From the IMG/VR virus record IMGVR_UViG_3300046507_000426: a stretch of DNA of 43,059 nt; one strand, written 5' to 3'. The notes beneath the pieces were generated by a model. The model was not told where the DNA came from, did not search any database, and worked only from the letters and a program-made list of their open reading frames with translations. The position numbers and the translations under genes are program-made. Of the stretch, positions 8,617 to 16,200 are shown piece by piece. The number at the start of each line of letters is the position of its first letter. Positions within the stretch are counted from its first letter, which is position 1. Source of the DNA: a virus (Duplodnaviria; Heunggongvirae; Uroviricota; Caudoviricetes).

Positions 8617-9487
8617 ATTGTACCCGTCGTGTAAAAGTGGTAATCACCTTGATCATTTCGTCAAGGACTGTAAAGATCTTTTCAGATGTACTATATCGCT
8701 CAAGACCTGGATAATACTCAACCCTAGAACGACTGGTAAGAGGAGAAGCAGTCCACCTATCAGGATCTTTGAAACGTCTTATCGTTGTTTCATCACCCTC
8801 TTTGATAATGTGTTTCTGATATTCTTCATACGAAGTAATACTCAATTCTGGTGCAGAAGTGACAATTGCAGCGTAATTGGCAAATTGATAAATCACCAAC
8901 TCCGCTTTAACTGTAGAAACCGCTTTTACTCTAAAAGTAGCCTCACCGCTTCTTGTCTTCCACCAGGTTTCATACGCCGCTTCATCTTCCGGATGAATAG
9001 AAAACTCAAATCCCGGAGACAGGCTAATAGGGATACCGTTCTTAATAGCCTTATAGCGCAAGAATCTACAATACCGCTCTATACTTTTTTTCCATTTGAG
9101 ACTATCTGACGCAACGTCCGCAAAAGAAGGCTCAAGTCTACTAACAGTTACTGGAAAATATGGAGATTCCAGTTTGATACCTATCCCGTTAGGTCTATTA
9201 CTCAACGGGAACAGAAACTGTTCACCGCCACGAATATACTCAAGGTAAGGAATCTGTTTCTTAACATGCTTATAGAGAATCTCTTTAAGCTTCTGTACAG
9301 ATTTACGCTGCGCTCCTGAACGACTGCCGCTGATATCGAATTCGTAGTTAAACGTCTTCGTTGAGAGTCGCTTATCCAGGATCTGCTGCGTACAAAACTT
9401 CGAAAGTTTATTCGATGCATCTGTTCTCATCTTTATGATGAGCGATGACAGATCTGATACGTTCTGAGGTAATTTGAATTTTCGCAT
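8573..9487 (-). CDS. Hypothetical basic protein of the Ubl island
   Basis: 304-aa ORF, AGGA RBS 5 nt upstream, overlaps downstream ORF; no motif recognised. Confidence 0.7.
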   Translation of the reverse strand: MRKFKLPQNVSDLSSLIIKMRTDASNKLSKFCTQQILDKRLSTKTFNYEFDISGSRSGAQRKSVQKLKEILYKHVKKQIPYLEYIRGGEQFLFPLSNRPNGIGIKLESPYFPVTVSRLEPSFADVASDSLKWKKSIERYCRFLRYKAIKNGIPISLSPGFEFSIHPEDEAAYETWWKTRSGEATFRVKAVSTVKAELVIYQFANYAAIVTSAPELSITSYEEYQKHIIKEGDETTIRRFKDPDRWTASPLTSRSRVEYYPGLERYSTSEKIFTVLDEMIKVITTFTRRVQYDTSAFNVGSVETT

Positions 9488-9502
9488 ATCTATCCTGTTG
9501 TA

Positions 9503-9587
9503 TTCCTGTTTTTCTTAAGCTCCTAGCTTGACTAAAAAAAACAGGAAAAACGAACAGCAAAGCTAGGAGAGAACCTTGCTGTTCGTT
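9503..9587 (-). promoter_or_regulatory. Interlocked RNA structure: terminator-like hairpin with alternative pairings (candidate attenuator)
   Basis: Perfect complementary pairs 9503-9513/9537-9547 (11 bp), 9520-9529/9560-9569 (10 bp), 9549-9560/9576-9587 (12 bp); U-rich run follows the 12-bp hairpin on the minus strand. Confidence 0.7.
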
Positions 9588-9623
9588 CTGCTTACACAGA
9601 CTAAAGAATTAGTCTATGCGTGC

Positions 9624-9833
9624 TTAGCCCTTCGTGCCGGTACGCGGCTTGAAGGTGATTTCGCGGGCTTCGCCGCCATCGATGCTGATAACACGTTCGT
9701 CAGCTTGCATGCTGCCGATACCCGAGATATCGCCTGCGTAGTTCGTACGAACGAAGTCAACGCTACGGTCACCCGGAATGGTGTATTCGGTATCGGTCGA
9801 AGCAACAACGATGATGGTCTTGATAACTGCCAT
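9624..9833 (-). CDS. Ubiquitin-like (beta-grasp) modifier, Prok_Ub / PRTRC protein C type
   Basis: 69 aa, ends FKPRTGTKG-stop, matching the GTKG C-terminus typical of this family; AAGGA RBS; own tandem promoters; same island as E1/E2/JAB. Confidence 0.85.
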   Translation of the reverse strand: MAVIKTIIVVASTDTEYTIPGDRSVDFVRTNYAGDISGIGSMQADERVISIDGGEAREITFKPRTGTKG

Positions 9834-9849
9834 TTTGTAAATCCTTAAC

Positions 9850-9863
9850 TTTATCTAGATAAA
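9850..9863. promoter_or_regulatory. Perfect 14-bp palindrome in the Ubl leader (candidate operator)
   Basis: TTTATCTAGATAAA is its own reverse complement; lies between promoter and RBS. Confidence 0.45.
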
Positions 9864-9900
9864 AAGAAAATGAACTTTGAGAACGTATGTTCTACCTGTC

Positions 9901-9936
9901 CAATATAGTTATACCAAACATTTCAAAATTATTGAA
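9901..9936 (-). promoter_or_regulatory. Sigma70-like promoter P1 for Ubl gene
   Basis: TTCAAT-N17-TATAAC with TGG immediately before the -10; 17-bp block identical to P2. Confidence 0.8.
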
Positions 9937-9972
9937 AATGTAATGGTTAATAAAAGCTATTCTTAGCCTTTA

Positions 9973-10008
9973 CAATATAGTTATACCAATGGACATAAAA
10001 ATATTGAA
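9973..10008 (-). promoter_or_regulatory. Sigma70-like promoter P2 for Ubl gene
   Basis: TTCAAT-N17-TATAAC; caatatagttataccaa repeated exactly 72 bp from P1. Confidence 0.8.
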
Positions 10009-10018
10009 TTTAACAGGC

Positions 10019-10086
10019 TAAAAAAAGCCCCGTCTATCCCCCTAGCAACCGGGGAAACACTAGAGGGGCGGCACGTCAGACGGGGG
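10019..10086 (-). terminator. Extended two-stem intrinsic terminator downstream of the 163-aa ORF
   Basis: Outer stem 10027-10034/10077-10084, inner stem about 10037-10044/10059-10066 (one G-U on minus strand), followed by T7 on minus strand. Confidence 0.7.
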
Positions 10087-10103
10087 CAAGAAAATTCTAG
10101 TCT

Positions 10104-10595
10104 TTAATAGGCAAGTTCAACCGACTTCATCTTATAGGAGTATCCTCCGCACATCGCCTTGGTAAGAATTTCGGCAATTTCATCAAAGGTAGCTCCCATA
10201 TCATTCAGACCGGTAAGAGCCAGTTGCTTTATGTTCATTGTGGCCTTAGCGCCATCCGGAAACTGCCCACCTACGTAAATGCCAAGCGGTCCCATGCCGC
10301 CATACATTCTTCGGATTGTGGGCAGCACATATTCCTGTGTGCTCATGATTTCGCCTTTCTCCACGGGGAAACTGTATCCGAAACCCCCGTCGTGCTCAAT
10401 CCATCCCTCCTTGGAGATCAAATCACATGCAACACCCATACAACAGTACGTATCACCTTTCCTCAGGATACCTTTTGCCTGACGATAGGCCCCAGACTTC
10501 AAAGCTGCTATCCAGTTCTTCCACCTTTGTCTCTGGATCTCGGTCAAAGGTACATCGGGAATTTCACGGATTACAGCGCCGCATTGTAGTATCAT
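10104..10595 (-). CDS. Hypothetical phage protein
   Basis: 163 aa; W..ALKSGAYRQ...L....CCMGVACDL motif of a kind I recall from phage hypotheticals; preceded by promoter motif. Confidence 0.7.
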   Translation of the reverse strand: MILQCGAVIREIPDVPLTEIQRQRWKNWIAALKSGAYRQAKGILRKGDTYCCMGVACDLISKEGWIEHDGGFGYSFPVEKGEIMSTQEYVLPTIRRMYGGMGPLGIYVGGQFPDGAKATMNIKQLALTGLNDMGATFDEIAEILTKAMCGGYSYKMKSVELAY

Positions 10596-10667
10596 AGGTA
10601 CGCCTCATTATGTAAGTATAAAACAACTAGCGTAGGACAAAAATCAAAAAGCCATATTGTTCTACAT

Positions 10668-10682
10668 TATTCTTATACCAAA
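10668..10682 (-). promoter_or_regulatory. Candidate promoter -10 element TTTGGTATAAGAATA at the right edge of the island
   Basis: Identical 15-mer to 5707-5721; back-to-back with terminase start. Confidence 0.6.
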
Positions 10683-10703
10683 ATAGCGTACTAACATAGG
10701 TTC

Positions 10704-12317
10704 ATGGAATTAAACAAACTACTTAGACTAAAACCATCTGAAATTTCAAAAGCTTTGCTAACGCTGAAGGGTAAGCCGTTAAACCTCGACGACTACAAAC
10801 CTTTTGAAATTATCTATGACATTGCCCCGAATGAGATGACTCTCATGGCGGGACGTCAGATTGGTAAATCAGTGTCCCTTGGGGCAGCTATCGTAGCTAA
10901 CAGCCTTGTTAGAGGACACTTTTCGACCTTGTTCAGTAGCCCATTGGCTCAACAAACCTCGCGGTTCTCTACAGCGTATCTGGATCCGTTCCTAAGTTCA
11001 CCTTTGATCCGTAGACACTTCACAGATCCATCAACACGTAAGAACGTTTTCTCTAAGTCCTTCACTAATGGAAGCTCTGTTACTCTCGGTTACGCCGAAA
11101 CAGAACAAGATGCCGACCGTATTCGTGGGGTGTTTGCGGATGCGCTCTACCTGGACGAATTCCAGGACACAAGTATCGAATGTGCCCCTATTCTCGCAGA
11201 AACGTTGGGCGCTTCTGACTTTGCTTTCAGACGTTATACTGGCACTGCCAAGACTGAAACTAATTCGCTTACGCAAAAATTCAAGCAAGGCAATATGATG
11301 GAGTGGGCTGTGCAATGCCCGAAGTGTAAAAAATACTCATTGCCGCTTGACTTTGACGTTTGCCACAGAATGCTGACTATCAACCCTGAAGGGCCTGGTT
11401 GTTTGTTTTGCGGCGGAGTACTGGACATGAAGACCGGTAAGTGGGTGGCTGCACGTCCGATGGAAAAAGATCATCTATCATTCCATCTCCCTCAAATAAT
11501 TTTCCCGGCTCGTACTAAGCCTAAGAAGTGGAAAGAGTTATTGCATAAAGCAAAGACGTATTCGATACCTAAACTTGCTAACGAAGTGTTTGGATGCCCA
11601 AGCGGTCTCGCCGGTCGTCCTCTTTCACTTAAGGAAGTAATGTCATGCTGTAACAATACTAAGACAGAGTGGGATAAGAGTTTTCCAGTTGATAAGCGAA
11701 ACATCCTTCATACAGTGCTTGGTGTTGACTGGTCTGTAAGCGGAGGTTCTAACTCGTACACAGTTATTACTGTTCTTGGTTATGACTGGAATGGCAAATG
11801 CTACCTCCTTTATTCGCAACGTTTGAACGGTATTGATATTCTGGATCAAGTTAAACGCGTTGAGCAACTATATTCGCAATACAAATGCACGATGCTTGCA
11901 TCTGATCGTGGCGTCGGTCAGCTTCAGGTTGAACTGATGAGAAAAAGTATTGGCGATGATCGTGTAAATTCGATACAATATGTTGCAGCAAAGAATACTC
12001 TACGTTGGGACAAGGATGGTCGGTTCTTTTCAGCAGATAGAACTACCAATATGGATACGATGGTGCTTAAGGCTAAACTAGGTCGTGAACGCATCGAAAC
12101 ACCTTGTTGGAATCTGATGTCTGAGTTCTGGCAGGATGCACTAAACATCTACGAAGAAGAATCTGTGACTGGACGACGTCTTTATAAAAAAGACGAAGAC
12201 TTATGTGATGACTGGTTTCATAGCATCGTGTTTGCCAATATTGCATACATGGTATTGAAAGGTGAATTCCTGACAGTCGACGAAGTGAAGAATGAAAAAG
12301 ATGTGTTTGACTTTTAA
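10704..12317 (+). CDS. terL: Terminase large subunit
   Basis: Walker A MAGRQIGKS, Walker B LYLDEFQD, motif III YTGT, CPKC/CLFC zinc finger, RNase H-like LGVDW ... DDWFHS. Confidence 0.93.
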   Translation: MELNKLLRLKPSEISKALLTLKGKPLNLDDYKPFEIIYDIAPNEMTLMAGRQIGKSVSLGAAIVANSLVRGHFSTLFSSPLAQQTSRFSTAYLDPFLSSPLIRRHFTDPSTRKNVFSKSFTNGSSVTLGYAETEQDADRIRGVFADALYLDEFQDTSIECAPILAETLGASDFAFRRYTGTAKTETNSLTQKFKQGNMMEWAVQCPKCKKYSLPLDFDVCHRMLTINPEGPGCLFCGGVLDMKTGKWVAARPMEKDHLSFHLPQIIFPARTKPKKWKELLHKAKTYSIPKLANEVFGCPSGLAGRPLSLKEVMSCCNNTKTEWDKSFPVDKRNILHTVLGVDWSVSGGSNSYTVITVLGYDWNGKCYLLYSQRLNGIDILDQVKRVEQLYSQYKCTMLASDRGVGQLQVELMRKSIGDDRVNSIQYVAAKNTLRWDKDGRFFSADRTTNMDTMVLKAKLGRERIETPCWNLMSEFWQDALNIYEEESVTGRRLYKKDEDLCDDWFHSIVFANIAYMVLKGEFLTVDEVKNEKDVFDF

Positions 12318-12326
12318 GAGATAGAA

Positions 12327-12845
12327 ATGAGCGAATTTGAATTTGAAAAACCAGCCAAGCGTAATCGTGGCCCTAAGCAAGAAGAAGTGAAGATCGAAGA
12401 ACAGCTTCCTGTTCAACAGAACGAAACTTACGAAAAAGAAGATCCGAAAGAAGAAGCAAAGCCTAAATACGATAAAGACGAGCTACTACGTATCTTTGAT
12501 GAGATTATCTTCAATGGGGAATACGCGGAAGACGTTGCAATTAAGGGAAAATTACACGTACAATTCCGGACAAGATCGTCGGAAGAAATCGCTGAGATCT
12601 CACGTATCATCGATACCACCACGTTTAATCTAGTTGCAACGATGAATGAAGCGAAGATGGTGCTAAACCTTCAATACGCTTTGACTTCGTATCAAGGCAA
12701 ACCTCTCGTGGGTATGAGTAAGGAAGACAAGGCTCGATTTATTAAACGTTTACCAGGTCCTATCATCGGGGTTCTCCTAGATGCACTGTACAAGTTCGAT
12801 GATAAGGTTTTCGAAGCATGCAAGGAACTTGAGGAAAATTTTTAA
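12327..12845 (+). CDS. Tail assembly chaperone (gpG-like)
   Basis: Position upstream of tape measure; ends at slippery AAATTTT directly before TAA. Confidence 0.75.
   Translation: MSEFEFEKPAKRNRGPKQEEVKIEEQLPVQQNETYEKEDPKEEAKPKYDKDELLRIFDEIIFNGEYAEDVAIKGKLHVQFRTRSSEEIAEISRIIDTTTFNLVATMNEAKMVLNLQYALTSYQGKPLVGMSKEDKARFIKRLPGPIIGVLLDALYKFDDKVFEACKELEENF
12836..12842 (+). promoter_or_regulatory. -1 programmed ribosomal frameshift heptamer A-AAT-TTT
   Basis: X-XXY-YYZ pattern in frame; the -1 frame reads LKNSWA and joins ORF 12860-13231 with no stop. Confidence 0.8.
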
Positions 12846-12859
12846 AAAACTCCTGGGCG

Positions 12860-13231
12860 ATGCAGCGAATGAAGTTGCACCTCTCAGGAGTCAAAGTTCC
12901 AAAACTAGGTTCGTTACAGGATAAAGTCTACAGACAGTATTTGACCAAGGAAAGCCAACTTGAAGTTGAGAAGACCAAGTTCACAATGCTCCAGACGTTG
13001 ACCAATCCTACCTTTGACGATACCGGTAAGGCTAGAGACTGGCATAGCAAGATCAAGAAGGCTTGGGCCAATTACCTGTCATTGGAATTCAATGTCGATA
13101 TCCCAGAGAATACTGAGAAAGAACTGCAGATGATGGAATACTACGAAAACGTGGTTAAACATCTTAAGCCTAAACTCGAAAGATCCGGAAAAGGTCTTGC
13201 TGTTAAAGGTCTTAGCGATCTGTTCAGATAA
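12860..13231 (+). CDS. Tail assembly chaperone frameshift extension (gpT-like); probably made as a 301-aa fusion from 12327
   Basis: In -1 frame relative to upstream ORF, no obvious RBS, open back to slippery site. Confidence 0.75.
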   Translation: MQRMKLHLSGVKVPKLGSLQDKVYRQYLTKESQLEVEKTKFTMLQTLTNPTFDDTGKARDWHSKIKKAWANYLSLEFNVDIPENTEKELQMMEYYENVVKHLKPKLERSGKGLAVKGLSDLFR

Positions 13232-13235
13232 ATTC

Positions 13236-13267
13236 AAAGCCGCCCTAAAAAGCGGCTTTTTCTTTTT
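13236..13267 (+). terminator. Intrinsic terminator between chaperone pair and tape measure
   Basis: aaagccgc-cctaaaaa-gcggcttt followed by T-rich run. Confidence 0.8.
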
Positions 13268-13278
13268 AAAATAATAGC

Positions 13279-16200
13279 ATGAACTCATTTGGCAATTTCT
13301 TCGGCTCAAATCAAAGCCCATTCGGTGATGTGTATCAGTCTCAGGCTGATATGTACGGCAATTCCTTTGCCAACCCAATGAACCCGGCAAATATGAATCC
13401 AGGCTTTGGTATGGATCCGAATTTGCTTACACCTAGCTATACTGCGGGATATCGTCCTCAGTACGCTGGGCCGCAACCGTATAATCAGTATGGACGTGTT
13501 GGTTTTTTCTCAGGAATTAATACGATACTAAATCCTATGGCTGATGAGTACCGTTTCGGTAACCCCATAGATAACCATCGTCAAACTGTTGAGGGAATTT
13601 CTTCAAGACCTTTCGATTCCATAGTGTGGGCAGGTCAACGTATTGCTGCTCCGATGGCAGGCTTTGGCCTCGCATTCAAGTATGCATCTAGGCCTGGAGC
13701 TGCTTTCGGCTCTGCATTAGGACGTGGTATTGGACAAGGTGTAACTGCAGGTATGGGCGGGGCAATGCCGGGCCTGGTTTCTAGAGGTATGACTGGAGCA
13801 TTAGCTGGGGCCGGTGGCCTTGCGGGCAGGCTTTTCTTACCTTTGGCTGTTGGCCAAGCTGCAATGTATGGAGCCCAGAAGACGATCTTCGATCCGTATA
13901 TCAATACGCGTCGTGAAGCCAGAGACTTACGTGATAATTTTGCAGGTATAACATTTGGCGATTCGCAAGGCAACAGCGTAACAGGTCAAGGCCTGAGCAA
14001 CAGAGAATCCTCACGTATTGCAGCAGGTATTACCAATCAAGGTATTCGTGATCTTACGTTCTCTACTGGCGAATACGCAAACATTGCTGACTACAGCGGT
14101 CGAGCAGGACTTCTTGACGACGTTAATTCCAAGCAGATTGGCAAGCGCGTAAAAGACATTGCAGCTCAGATCAAGCTGGTTATGTCCATTGCAGGAGATC
14201 CGTCGATCAAAGCTGCGATCGAAGAACTGGCGAAGCTACGCAACGCTGGTGCTTCTGTTGCTGGCGGAACTGGAAGCCAAGCTACGCAAGCATTGACTCA
14301 ACTTGGATATAGTGCTTCGGTGGCTGGACGAAGTGTTCAGAACATTATGAGCACTGTTGGTGCGCAAGGCCAATACCTGTATCAAGCTAACGGCATGACT
14401 CCATATATGGGTCAGATGGCAGCAGCGAACATTCTCGGTTCGTTTGAAACTGCACGTCGTAATGGCCTATTGTCTACTGCACAAATAGCTCGTATGGGTG
14501 GAACTGAAGGCGCAACCCAAGCTTCGCTTACAGCACAGATCAACGGATCACAAACATTGCTTAATAAAATGGCAATGTATAACCAGTATGTCAATGGCAG
14601 AACCGGTCCTTCAGCCGGTGGATCAGGCATGAACGTTAATAGCGTAACAAGCCAGTTTGGTGCTGACTTTTCCAAAGATCCGCTCGGCGCTTATGGCCAA
14701 ATGCAAATGTTCAGCCGTATGCTAGGTGGACAACAGCTTAAGGACAGAGGATCGCTAGGTCTTGAAGACCAAGTCTATGCGATTCTGAATAGCACAGCCG
14801 CTATCCGTAATAAGGATGGACGATACGACGCATCTAAAATGATGCCAGTGCTTACAGGTATGATGGGTATGAGCGAAGATGACGCAATGGCTTACATTGC
14901 TCAACGCACTGCCGAGTCAGATCCCGCTACGTATTCGCAAGGCGTTAAAGCACGTAATGCTCAGGCACAAAAACAGGCTAGACAGTACGTATCGCAAAAC
15001 TATATGTATGGTGGGGCTTTGGGTAGCACAGTGCGAGGCATTCGCAATACGACTAATAACATCGTAGGATTTCTTGCTAAAGGTGGAGAAGGTCTTGGTT
15101 ATGATGAAGGTCGTTTTGCCGATATGGTTCAAGGCGGTGTTGACTCTGTAATGTTTGGTTCAACCCTGACTCAAGATAGGGGAGGTGTTAACGATCAAAT
15201 CGATGCCGCTACGTCGGGTAAGGTAACCGACACTGGTCCGGTAAAGATTAATCAAATCGATGCTAACGGTGGGACTTTCAACTGGAACCGCATGAAGCGT
15301 AACGTGTCCAGATTTGGTCAAAGTATCGTTGGGAACAATGTCGACTCTGTTTTCGATAATAGAACAGTTCTGAATCGTATTAACAACCTTGCCAAGGCAG
15401 GAGGAGCCTCTGCAGCGGACGCTCAGGCCTTCATTAATGCCAAGACTAAGGAAGAGAAGAGTCAGGCCCTTGGAAAGCTTCTAAAGAGTCCGGACATGGC
15501 TGACATGGCTCCTCAAATCCGTGGGCAAGGCGGATCCGAAGCTGCAAGCGGTAACTTTGACGACCTTATCAACGATGCTATGGACATGGGTACGTATTCC
15601 CAGACTATTGACAAGGGTACGTCTAACGGATTGCTGGATAAAGTCAATGGCGCTCTTGGTATTGGCGACAAGACAGTTAAGCTTGGTCTGATGGATTCGT
15701 TCAATGCTATTGGCCAAATCTCTGACATCGCAGGGCAATTGAACAACGGTGACATTTCCCAAGCTGATCTTGGTGATGTGATCAATAGCGGTAAATATGA
15801 CCAAGTCAAGACTTTGCTCGGCGGTCGTACAGGTAAGGAAGCAAGAGACTATATTGTTAATGCGTATCGTAAGTCTGTTGGTGCTGGACTTGGCCAAGCT
15901 GGTTACGTTGCTCAGAACGCGGGACTTAGCGTTGAATCGCTTAAGAAGGATCCTAATCGTATTACAGATAAAAGTGATCGTGAAAAGTTCTTAGCGGCAG
16001 TGAAGTCAGGCGATAACTCAACTCTGCAGAACATTGCAGCTAAAGAATTGGCTCGTCACAATGGCGGAAACCTCGTTGGTACCGGTCTTAACGGAGCTAA
16101 CAATCTTTCTCTTGGCGATGTCTCTGGCTTTGAACAGCAGATGGATGAACTGGGCATGCAAAACTCGAAGCAATATGATCTCGTTAAATCAGGTCGCTTT

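Noticed and set aside
4410-9833. Interpreting E1 + small Gly-ended protein as ThiF/ThiS or MoeB/MoaD sulfur transfer for cofactor synthesis
   Set aside because: No thiamine, molybdopterin or tRNA-thiolation genes in the window, while an E2 and JAB are present; not formally excluded without biochemistry
4410-10595. Interpreting the island as an integrated PRTRC plasmid or ICE
   Set aside because: No ParB, ParM-like, integrase, relaxase or att-like repeats seen, and it shares a promoter motif with an ordinary phage hypothetical gene, so it appears domesticated by the phage
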